The position numbers were made by a program, and so were the translations under genes. Below are positions 1 through 11,769 of a stretch of 64,000 bases of DNA, piece after piece. How positions within the stretch are numbered: position 1 is the stretch's first letter; each line of letters opens with the position of its first letter. The notes under the pieces are model-generated. The model made no database searches. It saw only the letters and a program-made list of their open reading frames with translations, and was not told the DNA's origin. Source of the stretch: Auanema rhodensis (Eukaryota > Animalia > Nematoda); NCBI GenBank assembly GCA_964057225.1, contig OZ059895.1, positions 15,562,001-15,626,000 on the forward strand. The letters are read 5' to 3'.

Positions 1-106
1 TAATAGCCCGAGGCTGCGTAGGTGAGGTAATAGGCGTTGTGTCCAAACTGGACCGGAATGACATAACTTGTGACACTCGGAATTGTTAAAAAAGAAAAAT
101 ATCTAG
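1..106 (+). mobile_element. Probable 3' end of an inserted element (Helitron-type CTAG|T end, or non-LTR retroelement 3' end with A-rich tail)
   Basis: Bases 1-80 are about 50% GC against an AT-rich background. An imperfect hairpin (~53-80) is followed by an A-rich tract (88-99) and CTAG (103-106), then T. The adjacent DB-gene exon stops matching its family exactly at this junction. Confidence 0.35.
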
Positions 107-1062
107 TTAGTTAGCTATGAAAGTGAATGTTCCATTAACAGAAAAAAACTTACAGCATCTTTCGTATAGGCGTTGAAATGGCATTTGTTCAAGCAAGCAT
201 CCGGTAAGCCCCTTTGTTCGCAGCATTGCCGGAAGATGAAATTAGGATTCTGCAAGAGTGACAAGACTGAATATTTTATTCGAAATTTCGATTATTTGCG
301 TCATCGCTTTTGTATATAAACAGAGAAATGAATAGAAAAATAATGATCAACTTACTGTCATCATAGACAAAGTATGATTGTCAACTTGTGGCCATGGAGC
401 GTGTTCATCCTCTTCTTCCTCTTCCTGTTCAAATGGATTCTCTTCTTTTCCAGATGAAGCTCCTCGTCTCATGCCAAATATATTGGTCAATGAGCCAGCT
501 TTAACTTGTGCTTTAGGTTTTTCCTCTTCCTCACCCTCAGATTCAGGTCTAGCAATTGTTGTTATATCCGAAATGAAGATGCCATCCTGAAATTCCATCA
601 AAGTATTCTGGATTTGAACGGATCTACTGCTTTAAGTTTGTACATAGCATATAGCATGATTCTTGCCAAACACACAGAAAACCACGGAAACTAGTAATTA
701 TGATTAAACAAGTTTTCGGGATTTTACCGATTTGTTGCTATTGTCCTTGACAACTGGGCAACTATTTCTTTTTTAAAATTTAAAAAATAAGTAAAGAGAA
801 GTTTTATCCACTTACCACTTTCTGGGTTAATGCTGAACGGGCTCTGTTTCTTGCACAGCCATACTGACCACATGAGTAGCCTGGTTGGCATGTTTGCGGG
901 TGACATGCTACAGGGGGTGGAGCTGAACAGTAGCCACCACCACCACCGCAAACTCCAGAAGTAGCACACTGTGTGAAATGTGTAATTTTGAAAAAATTCT
1001 GAATTGAAACTTACACTGTAAGCTAAAGGAATTAGAGCAAGAAGAGTAATGTAGCTCAGCAT
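107..1062 (-). CDS. Secreted DB-module protein (dao-2-like), 3' part interrupted or outside the window
   Basis: Spliced exons: 1062-1015 (signal peptide MLSYITLLALIPLAYS), 968-816 (CATSGVCGGGGGYC...CQPGYSCGQYGCARNRARS), 586-356 (acidic linker), 249-154 (NPNFIFRQCCEQRGLPDACLNKCHFNAYTKDA, first half of a DB module). All junctions are GT-AG and in frame. Confidence 0.8.
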
Positions 1063-1190
1063 CTCTGTAAAGGTTTAGAACTGTAAAGGCTACAAGCAAT
1101 GCCTTCAGAAATGGAAGTATGCAGATCAAAGATTGTTGTAGCGCTGGCAAAAATAACTTTCAAGCAAGATACGGTCAGATGCTAAGGTTC

Positions 1191-1198
1191 TTATATAG
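1191..1198 (-). promoter_or_regulatory. Candidate TATA box of the first DB-module gene
   Basis: CTATATAA on the minus strand about 130 nt upstream of the ATG at 1062. Confidence 0.4.
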
Positions 1199-1954
1199 TG
1201 GGAGGGGAATGGGCGGACAAGCAGCTTACAAACTTTATTAAGTACACATGACCATAATTATCTTCAGAAATGTGGAACTGGAGATGCTGTAAGAGGAGAG
1301 AAAGAAGACAAGAAGGGAATGGACGGAAAGGGATAAGATGAAGAGAAATGATCTTGAAATAATTTAAAACGAATCTGGAAAGAAACGAAGCAGATTGCGG
1401 ATTTGAAGAGGATGAAGAGACGATACATTCAGCCGGCAGGCATGGATAGCACAACGGTATTCAAGGATATTCAGATAGAGCGAGTGAAAGTGGCGAGGAG
1501 ACCGGCCGATCAGCAAGAGAGGGAGAGAATTGCGAGCTATTACGGAAAAGAACGAAGGAGAATAGCGGCAACTGCAATGCGTTGAGGGCAGGGGACCCGG
1601 ACAGTACTATAGTTGGTTTGTCTGCATCTCTTTGCGTCTCTACCAGTTGGCTTTTCATATTGGGACGTTTCTCTTATTCTTTTGAAAAATGTTGTTTGAA
1701 GAATAGCCGAATAGGATGAGGATGTAGTATACAGATTGAAGATGTCTTCTCTCTCTCTCTCTCTCTCCTTAAGCTTAAGTTATAGTTTGATGTTTAAATT
1801 ATATATTTTCATATTACTATTGTATAAGTGAATGAATTTGAGTGTGTATATATGCTGTACATGAAATAGCTGGACTGGATTTTCGATACACTACGATGTC
1901 TCATAGCTCACAAACGTTTTTGAAATATGTGATTGTTCATGGCATCATGATGTT

Positions 1955-2057
1955 TCTGCTGCTGCTGTTTGCTGTTGTTGTTGTTGCTGTTGCAGTTGCA
2001 GTTGGAGGTGCAGTTGGAGGTGCAGTTGCTGTTGCTGTTGCAGTTACTGTTGTTGTT
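1955..2057. repeat. Low-complexity (TGC/TGT/GCAGTT)n repeat
   Basis: ctgctgctgctgtttgctgttgttgttgttgctgttgcagttgcagttggaggtgcagtt... is visible directly. Confidence 0.8.
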
Positions 2058-2196
2058 TATTTATTGCGTATTACTTAAGATGGAAGACGTTTTTTATTAT
2101 TCAAATTATTCATAAATATATTCTATATGGTATGCAGTATGAGGGATATGTGAAAAGAGATTTCGTGGATTGCCGTTCCTAATACACATTCATGTT

Positions 2197-3583
2197 TTAA
2201 AGTTTTTGAGAATCTATGAAATAGATGTCATTCTGATCTCTTTCGATTTCTTTATAAATTTCATGAGATAAGTCGGTGTAGAAGCATGCTGTAAACATAG
2301 AAGGATAAGAGTCAACAGGTGTTAAGTTGTTCTAACCTTTCATTAGTTCAACTTCGTCTAGACAATGCATTTGCTTCTGAACTACTCGTCGACGACGCGG
2401 ATTCGGCTGACAGAACATCATACAGTCTTCTGATACACCAGATTGAGCACAGCATTTTGAGTGATTTCGGGATCGTGATGCACATGCATGAATCTGAAAA
2501 TTGAAATAAAATGTGAGATAAGCTAATCAGGAATCAAACCACTGGTAATGCTATCAATGGGCATTTGCTCTGACCGAAAGCAATTTGAAGTATCTGAAAT
2601 ACATGGATTTTCGTGATCAAGTTGGTTGTGTAGCTTGAGATACCGACTGCTTATTGTACTTATCGAAGCCACATATCTCTAAACAAGCATCTGATAGTTC
2701 ACGATCTTGACAACAATCATACATAGCATCATTGACACTCTGTAATACAATTGTCATAATAAGCACTATGAACGTGAAAGGAGGGAAGTCCATCAAAACT
2801 TAAAACCTACCCCGAAACTTGGTCGACTATCGCCCAGTTTTTTGATCTTAAAAATGGAATTCATCATTGAATATATTTTCTGTTTATTTGTTTTGTTTCC
2901 TCTTACCATTTGCGTATTTCCGTGATAGTTCCGAACACCATGTAATCTAGTTCGACGTACACGCGCACAACCGTATGGGCCACAGTAGTAGCCTCGGCCA
3001 CAAGATCTACAAAGATGCTTCCATGTACATAGAAAGGTGTAAAAGTTTATATGAAAATAATCATTTTGCTGTCTTCTTACATCATTTACTATACTTCATC
3101 TCCAAAAAAACGTTTAAAGAATGGCTAACAAGCATACAAAGCTGGTAGTTATGGAAGTTGTTTTGCTTTTTTCGATCCAATTCAACAGGTCTTATAAGGT
3201 AGTAGTACTACTACTACCAGTAGTAATAGTAATAGTTTAAGTGCTCTATTTGTAATAGACCTTTAACGACTTTTCTTTAATCGTTTAAATATAAGAGTCT
3301 TGCAGAATATTAGAAGATGCTAGGTGGATAAGTTGGAAAGAGGAAGAATAAGCTTACTTTTGGGGCTTTAAGCATTCTGTATGTACAACAGGTGGAGGTA
3401 AATCATCGAATGAGGGGAAACACTGAAATAGTTATATGACAAAGTATCATAGAAACCTTTCATTATGAAGTTTGAACTTACCGATTGAATAAGCTGAACT
3501 TGAAATAAGAATATTAGAACATAGTAAAGAATATTTAAAGAAGATATTGATAAGAATGAGATTGATGTTGATGAAATAATCAT
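2197..3583 (-). CDS. Secreted DB-module protein, paralog of the gene at 107-1062 (complete, 8 coding exons)
   Basis: Spliced translation: MIISS...VLIFLFQVQLIQS | CFPSFDDLPPPVVHTECLKPQ | KSCGRGYYCGPYGCARVRRTR... | IKKLGDSRPSFG | SVNDAMYDCCQDRELSDACLEICGFDKYNKQS | ILQIAFGQSKCPLIALPV | IHACASRSRNHSKCCAQSGVSEDCMMFC...HCLDEVELMK | ACFYTD...QKL*. It has the full DB Cys pattern and the exon phases are consistent. Confidence 0.85.
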
Positions 3584-5189
3584 TTTTGTTTTGAATTTTC
3601 AATGAACTCAATCAGAGTAATATGAACGAAATGAATGAAACTGCTAAATAGAAGGAAGGAAAATGACCTAAATCCGTTTCAGTTAGCTGTTCACTCACAA
3701 ATAGCCGATTACAACCAGTTTCTAAACCAATTTGACCGTTTTTCAACAGGAAAAAAACGAAGAAACTTATCGGTTTTAAAAACCTGGAGCTCTTACGTAA
3801 GATTTAAAGCTGGGATGAAGCTTATTCAGCGTAAAAAGCTTTTCCAGCTTAAGTATTTAGAATTGAAGTTAGCTATGTAAATGCTTGTAATATTAACTGT
3901 GAATACTCGTTCCAGCCTTGTTGTGAGTGGTCAAATGATGTTTGTATTGCTTTCAACTTCTCCTTTTCCAGCATTTGCTTCAAGGAACGTATAAGACTCA
4001 GTCCAAAGCCTAGAATTCTGTTTGGATGATGAATAATGGTAAAAGGAACTATACTGAGCTTCGTTAGTTGTTGTAGCCATGCATTAGGAGCATTCAAATT
4101 TCTGATTTTTTGAGAGAGCAAGCTCCACAGTCAAGTTCTAAGATTTATATTATTGAACCTATAGCCACAGTATTTCTGAGTAGTCACTAACTTTTAACTT
4201 AATGACCGTACTTAGAGCATAAAGTTCTTAAATATCAAACTGAATTCAAGTTTGATGTGTACAAACAATGAGCTGTAATCACTTACGAGTAAGTTTTGCT
4301 CCAATTATTTTTTCTTATCATTTAACAGAAATAAAACAGATGTTAAACGTAATTGTCATATAATTAAACAAAAGATTCTTCATTTCCGGAAGTATAAGCT
4401 TGAAAGGGACTAACTAGCATACGTAGAAATCACCTTCGCATTAGTACAGATATAATCCAAGTTCCATTACTACATAATCCAAGTTCCATTTGATCAAGGC
4501 TACAGTTAAATGATTTTGTATATCCGTCTTTATTTGCTTGTCATGTTCAATATGATGCAAGTTCCCGTAAGCCGGCTGGTGCCCAAGAAGATGAAAACGC
4601 GCTCTAATGGTATTATAATGAGCAGGTTGGGTGAAAGTGCCTTCATCTTAATCAAATGTCTCAGAAACAGTCCTCACATTTTCGAAGTTGTTTTGAAGAT
4701 TTCATTTTAGTATGTTATTATTTTTATTATAATATATATATTTAGAAATTATCTTCATTATAATACCATACTCTGTGATGTTATTATATTCGATTCAATC
4801 TTGATATTATAATAAAGAAAGAAAACAATTAGGATGTTACCAAAAGCTAGATGACAGTTAATTGCAAATCTTTATTTCAGTGAATATCAATCGTTAATAA
4901 TATTTTGAAAGATTCAATGCTGGATTGAAATCATATTGCCAAATGCAACAAACGCTCGTAATAATTAACTGAGAAAAAACTAGTTGTTTCATGTTCATGT
5001 GAAAGTGCAATCATATACGACTTTTCAAATTATTGTTTGTTTTATTTTTTTTTTTGGTGTAACTTTGACTGAAGTTATTCGTCTTATTCTATTCAAGTGA
5101 GATACCACATCAGATCACGTGTAAACGAAGATAGCTTCAGGTTACAGAAATTTCACTTACGTCGGCAAATCGTCTACAAAGCTCGTAGC

Positions 5190-6945
5190 TCACGTTTCTG
5201 CTTGTTCAGAACCAGGTTGATTGTTAACGATTGTACTAAAGCGAGATATACTCGGTCTTATCCGTAGATGTCGACTGTACCAACTTGAAGTACTCTTGGC
5301 ACCTGAAGGTATACTCAGTTGAAGTTTATGATAATTAGAATTTACTGGTTGACAATGCTGCTTTAGGTTTCTCTTTCACAAATATTCTTATAACTCCTTG
5401 ACGAATCGATCGATTAAGGATTAGATAGATATATGGAGGAAGATCTGAAAAAAATTTAAGAATTCAACATTGATGAAAAGAAATCTAACATACATGTTGT
5501 TAATAGATATAGATTTCCAGCGAGTTGTGCCATGAAAAAGGGACATTCGAAGAAGAAATTCAGAAGATGTAGAAGAGCAGTTGCATTGCATAGAGTAACT
5601 ATAGTTAAACATTGAATGAATAACTGAAAATTAGAATTTAGATTGAAAATGACTGGCACAGAAACCATAAGCTGACGACGTCGATCTATCATTGAGCCCA
5701 TATTTTCTCGTAAATGTTTAGAAATACTGAAACAGAGAACAACGCTCAGAATACTATTGAATGATACAACGACGGTATTGTTGAAAACAATTGTTTTGCT
5801 GATATACTGGAAAAGGATTTAAATTATAGATTGTATACGAGGTAATGCTTAATCTTACTTGAGATGATGCATTTTCGTAGATTTGTGGATCCCAAGAAGC
5901 TAAGCCACTGTTTGGGTCAATTATGATAGAGTAATCGAAAAGAAGATAGTATAACCCAGCCAATGATGGAGCCAGCATCACAAGAAACGTGTATTTACCG
6001 TTAAATAAGTTGGTTAACAACTTGCTACTGCACAAGAAAATTTTCAAGAATCACAGCGTGTGTCCTTACCGAGAGCAGTTCACTTCAACTAGGCGATTTA
6101 TGATGAGTACCGACGACATTAGTGAATCTGCTACCCAAGCACCTAGAAGAGTGATTTTTCAAAACTTAATCAAGTTACTTGATGAGCAGAGTCAAGAACG
6201 TATCAACTAGTCTTACTTGCGCCAATTAATCCCGCTAGATACAAGAAATTGGGAGAATCACAGAAGTTAATACCAAAACATTTGATGAAACCTTAAAAAG
6301 TTTTGAACTTCAATATTTTTTGTTGAAATACTATACCGAATGCTAGACAATTATAAGCTACTCCACACATATCACATAGAGATATACCAACCATAATCTT
6401 ATAAGTTGGATATTCTATGTGCGGAGGTTCCAGCATGACCTTGATGCAGAGCATGAAGAGAATCTGAAGCTCATAACCAGGCTTAACCCAACAATGAGGG
6501 AGTTTCACTTACTTCATTAACACTTCCAAGAATGAAATAAGCAGCACCATGTGCTATATTAGGTTCAGCTAGAACCTTTTCATTCATTTCCATACTGCGG
6601 GCACTTAAAAAATTAGTTGAATCTTATTGAGATTGTATATCTGCCTTAAGACTTAGGCTTATAAGCTGTCTAGAGTTTTTAAAGACTAAAACTATTTATT
6701 TTTGAATGCTCTGGGTAAGCATTTATTAGAAAACCTATAAGAGGCGGTCTGGCTCCAAAAAACTTCTAAGAAATATAATTCATTCATACATAGGATGACA
6801 TTAGACAAATCGACTCTTCAACAAGTACAAGCATCTCTCAGTCATTTTTATGAAATATATTAAAGAATCATCATTTCTACTCAACAAACCTGCAGTTATA
6901 GAGAGGATCATTGAGGATATTACCATACTTGAACAGTCGTTCCAT
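5190..6945 (-). CDS. Serpentine chemoreceptor, Srt family (copy A)
   Basis: Starts MERLFKYGNILNDPLYNCS (typical Srt N-terminus). Contains YPTYKIMVGISLCDM, FNGKYTF, WDP, FNN and LPPYIYLILNRSIR. About 10 short GT-AG exons. Confidence 0.85.
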
Positions 6946-7697
6946 TTTCCAATGGAATATGTTTGAAAAAAAAAAAACAAAGACGAGAGGATAACAGTTT
7001 CAATGAAAAAGTATTCAGAGTTATGATGACAAACCGTCAAACTTGAATGCAAATTATATTTTTGCTCTTACACAATTTATACAAATTATACCAATTGAAG
7101 CTTCTGTGTGAGTAGAAGTTTGGACTTTTGTATTTCATTCATATTGCACTTGTGATATTGTGTTTAATCATTTTCACTAAGCATTATCTATCGTACAACG
7201 TCCGAATCAGCTACATTAGCACCTTACCTATGCACAGTTGATACAAATCTGCTCCAGTTGAGGTAATAAAGCTGATACATTAAAGAAAAGCTTGAGAAGA
7301 TTTTCCATTTTTCTTGATGTGTAGTACCATGTTTTAGCATTTAATGTGTTAGATTTCAAGTTTTAACTTATCCTTTTAGAAATATCACTGCAAAGGCGAA
7401 GGTGATGGTTTAGTAGTTGCCACCTCCCCTTTTTATGGTCAACACGTTAGCATAAGCGTGCGCCACAGAGGAGGGCCTTGGCTTCTACGGCGAATATGAA
7501 GAACACAGTTTAAAGAAAAGCATAATATTATGATTACATATCATTATTAGGTTGTAATAGTAGAAAGACAAATAATTATAGCTTTTAGAGATCGATGATT
7601 ACAGGAATGAGAATGAATGATATTGTTAAAAATCTTTGTTAATATCTTATTCCTGGAAAACAGTTATTTTCTTCGAAGTTCAAGCATAGAACAAAGA

Positions 7698-7889
7698 CAA
7701 TTATAACTGTAATATTATTTATATAAATTATAAAATTTAAAAAAAACAAAAAAATTCAAACAGAATTTCTTTGAAATGACATATTACACGCGACTGGACA
7801 GTAGACAGGGTTCATACTAATGAGCTCTAAATGACGTGAAAATACGTGAAAATACGTGAAATATGCTAATTTAAGTTGAACACTAGAAA
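7698..7889. repeat. Dispersed ~190-bp repeat, copy 1 (E-box-rich, MITE-like)
   Basis: Highly similar to 10584-10779 (caattataactgtaatattatttatataaattataaaatt ... acgtgaaatatgctaatttaagttgaacactagaaa). Carries three tandem ACGTGAAAAT-type units. Confidence 0.8.
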
Positions 7890-7899
7890 CGTTTTTTGT

Positions 7900-8570
7900 A
7901 TTTTAAATTTGTACATTTGGAATGATTGAATGATTTTGAAAGGTTGTACTAAACATGGTTTTTCACGTAAATGCCATTTGTTCCAACTTGAAGTTGTTTT
8001 GACGCCTGAAGACATAGTTAAAGCTTCTTGATGATAATGTACTTGTTGATAGCATTGACTTAGGAGGCTTTTCTTTCAGAAACGTTTTTACAATTCCTTG
8101 ACGAACTATCCTGTTAAGAGATATGGATAAGGAGATACATCTGGAAGATATTAGAACTTAACGTAGGACGAAGAGAAAGCTTCTTACTTGTTATATAGTT
8201 GGCACAAGAATTCTGCAATTTGGTGGAAAAGAAGAGGATATTCTAAGGAAAAGTTTAAAAAATGGAATTGAGATATTGTATAGCAAAGGCTAACTGTAGT
8301 TAATCATTGTAAAAACAACTAAATCAATAAGATTAGCAGATAATTAACATTCTGGAACTTACCATGAGCAGGCGACGACGATGTATGATTAAACCAAGTT
8401 TTTTTCGTAAATGTGCTGAAGCTCTGAACAATGCTGGATATGCTGTAGAACAAAATGACAAAAATGTTGTTGAATATCATTGCCAGTCTTATACACTGAA
8501 AACAAACAAACATTATGAAAGTTCACTAATGTTTCACAAAATTTACTGAAGATAAAGCATTTGTCTTCCT
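7900..8570 (-). pseudogene. Truncated, frameshifted Srt chemoreceptor (3' half only; copy B)
   Basis: Homologous to the last 4-5 exons of copies A, C and D. At ~8413 the sequence TTC AGC A CAT TTA CGA lacks 8 nt relative to TTC AGT ATT TCT AAA CAT TTA CGA in copy A, which causes a frameshift. There is no room for 5' exons because the stop of copy C lies at 8648. Confidence 0.7.
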
Positions 8571-8647
8571 CAAATGTATTACTGAGCATCTGATTCTCTT
8601 CAGTTTACTAAATCGGTCTATCAAACGATCAATAAAAATTTGTTTAT

Positions 8648-10130
8648 TTATTTACTAATAGTCTGATCATTTGCAATCATATTTGAGTGAGATATGGATG
8701 GTCTTACTCGAAATTGTCGACTATACCAAGTTGAAGTTGTTTTAACGCCTAGACACAATTTATTTGAGACTTAATGTGGAATAGTCGAAGTTTACTTGTT
8801 GATAACATTGGTAGCGGTTTTTCTCCAAATAATATTTTAATGATTCCTATACGTACTGTTCGATTAAGAATTAAATATATATAAGGTGGAAGATCTGTAA
8901 AAATTTATAAAAAGAATTGAAATTACAATAGTAGAAGTCACTTGTGCATAGCTGATATAAAATTCCAGCCATTCTTTGAAATATAAAAATTCCAGTAAAG
9001 AATACGTTGAAAGTATGCATGATAGATGATACGTTACAGAGCGTCACCATTGCTAAACATTGAAAGAATAGCTGCAAAGTATTGATAGTAAGCTATTAAT
9101 TTAATGAAAAATATTGTACCGTAACTTGTCGTCTTCGATCGATTGTTGAACCAAAATTTTCATGTAATTTCTTAAAAATTTTAAAACAGAGAATAATACT
9201 TAAGATGCAGTTAACAGGTATAATGATAATGTTGTTAATAATTAGAATCGGAGTGAAATACTGAAAGCGTAAATGGTGAGAATTGTACGAAAAACATGAA
9301 AAAGCTTACTCCCACTGATGATTTTCCAAACGGTAGCCCTTGTTCGTAAAATAGATAATACAAACCAGAAGATAAAGGGAATAGGAATGATATAGGAGTA
9401 TATTTACTGTTAAAAATCTTTGTAAACATCTTATTTCTGGAAAAACAAATTGTGCCGAAGTTCGAAGTTCAAACTTAGAACAGAGATATAAGCTTACTCA
9501 GAACAAGTTAATTCAACTAAACGATTAATGATTAGAATCGAAGAAAGCTGGGATCCCATCATCCAGAAACCTCAAAAAATTAAGTTTTTCCTACGCTTTA
9601 ACGTATGAAACTTGGTCTTACTTGCTGCAACTGCTCCTATATAGTAGACGATGTAGGCGTACTCACAGAAGGTTGTTCCAAAACAGTAGATTATGCCTTG
9701 AAAAAGGTTGGAAACGAATGAAAAAAAGTTGGAAAAACGTATTTACCAAGTATGATTGTATTATAAAAAGATCCACACATATCACATAGAGATATAACAA
9801 CCATAATCTTATATGCTGGATAATCTTTATGAGGAGGTTCTAACATGACCTTGATGCACAGCACGAAGAGAATCTGAAAATTAAAACCAAAAAATTGAAA
9901 AAGATATATCTTTAATTACTTCATTCATAATTCCAAAAAGACAAAAGCCAGTTCCTAATGTCATTTCAGGCTCGAACACACCGCTGTTAATCAGATCACT
10001 ACTACGAGCGCTAAATAATTTAGATTACTAGAATTTAAAAATTTTAAAAGAAAACTCTAAAACTTCGAACATACCTGCAATTGTAAATAGGGTCAGCACC
10101 AATATCTCCATAACGGATGAGACGGTCCAT
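8648..10130 (-). CDS. Serpentine chemoreceptor, Srt family (copy C)
   Basis: MDRLIRYGDIGADPIYNCS...YPAYKIMVVISLCDM...INRLVEL...LPPYIYLILNRTVR...DQTISK*. Ten exons stay in frame. Extracellular loop 2 is shortened and lacks the WDP motif. Confidence 0.85.
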
Positions 10131-10583
10131 TTTCAATGCTCTCCAGAAGGCTCTCCAGAAGCTCTCCAGAAGGATATGAATGTAACGCTATGGTCATAAA
10201 ACAGATTTCGAAGTTTGACTACATCAACCATATAATTTGTATTAGGTTTCATTAAAACATGTCTAAAAGTACTCTACTAGAATAACATTGAAACAAGTTT
10301 CGTCATAGTAGATCATTTACATTCGAAATGTCTACAACGCTTGTTAGTAACAGGATTTCCAAACAACTTTAGAAACAGTAGATATGTCATAACCTTCCAA
10401 GCTGAACCGAACCAGAAACATCTTAATAAATGTTTATATAAGGCATAATATGTTTTATTTTGTTTACAAAAACACACATTCAACAGTTCTGATAAGACTA
10501 ATTCACTTCTATCTGAAAATATTTTATAAATAGAATTTGTAGAAAAGTTGTTTCCGACAAAGTGATATATGCACTCTATAACT

Positions 10584-10779
10584 ACAATTATAACTGTAAT
10601 ATTATTTATATAAATTATAAAATTAAAAAAAAACAAAAAACAATTCGAACAGAAATCCTTTGAAAATATAGTAAGTCACGTATTACACGTGACTAGACTG
10701 TAGACAGAGTTCATACTAACTGAGCTCCAAATGACGTGTAAATACGTGAAATATGCTAATTTAAGTTGAACACTAGAAA
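10584..10779. repeat. Dispersed ~190-bp repeat, copy 2, with internal inverted repeat
   Basis: Matches 7698-7889. TCACGTATTACACGT (10676-10690) is the reverse complement of ACGTGTA(A)ATACGTGA (~10734-10749). Confidence 0.8.
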
Positions 10780-11472
10780 TTTTCAAATTCAATGGAATAG
10801 CATAGAGCACGACTACATCTAACGTTTTGAAAGTGTTGTCAGAAGTCTTTTGCAGCTCAGTTAGCGTGAAGCATGTGCTCATCATTCTGTTGGAGATATG
10901 ATTGGCATGCATATTTTAAATAACAAGATTGGCTGGCTAAACTATTCTCTTATTACCGCGTTTCATTCATCGGCTGGTTCAGTTGATCAGATTTATTTTT
11001 GCCGATGTATGTAAATGGTAAGTTTCTTATTTCTATATAGTTTTTATATTGTTCAGATGATTATTTTCCGTTAAAACTATTAGGATGTGCAATTCGAGAA
11101 TTGATGATCCTGTTGACACATGCACATATCAGGGTTGTGAGATGATTGTGGAAAATCCGCAATATTGCGGTACTTCGCTAGATCCGGATCCGTAAACGGT
11201 ACTGCGGATCTTGCGGACCATTCCTCTTGTGTTAATTTTTTGGATTTTGCTTAAAGTTTTTAGATTTTCCAGTTAATTGTGAATTTCAATATGCCTTCAA
11301 AGTACGACAAATTTTTTACGCTAAGAAACTTGCAAAAAAAAGATGAGATTTTTCAAAAACAAAGATAGGGGCACAAGTCAGTTGAGTAAGCATCTAAGAA
11401 GCGTACATTTTGGTTTCGAGTAAACTATGAAGGATCCGGAAAACGGTCTGACCCGCAAAATAAGTAAGATGC

Positions 11473-11769
11473 ACAACCCATGTAGGGTTGGGTATCTTAC
11501 TTACAACCCATGTAGGGCTGGGCATCTTACTTACAACCCATGTAGGGTTGGGTATCTTACTTACAACCCATGTAGGGCTGGGCATCTTACTTACAACCCA
11601 TGTAGGGCTGGGCATCTTACTTACAACCCATGTAGGGCTGGGCATCTTACTTACAACCCATGTAGGGCTGGGCATCTTACTTACAACCCATGTAGGGCTG
11701 GGCATCTTACTTACAACCCATGTAGGGCTGGGCATCTTACTTACAACCCATGTAGGGCTGGGCATCTTA
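11473..11769. repeat. 30-bp minisatellite, about 10 units (ACAACCCATGTAGGGYTGGGYATCTTACTT)
   Basis: Exact 30-nt period. Units 1 and 3 read gggttgggtatc, all others gggctgggcatc. There are no unique spacers. Confidence 0.97.

Noticed and set aside
1842-2078. Hydrophobic Val/Ala-rich ORF
   Set aside because: It derives from a low-complexity repeat, has a non-ATG start and shows no gene structure.
6643-6660. GCCTTAAGACTTAGGC near-palindrome containing one TTAGGC (possible telomere-addition or elimination site)
   Set aside because: A single telomeric unit inside an srt intron with no telomeric array; not distinguishable from chance.
11473-11769. CRISPR-like array (30-nt hairpin-containing repeats)
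   Set aside because: The units are contiguous with no unique spacers, there are no cas genes, and the context is eukaryotic.
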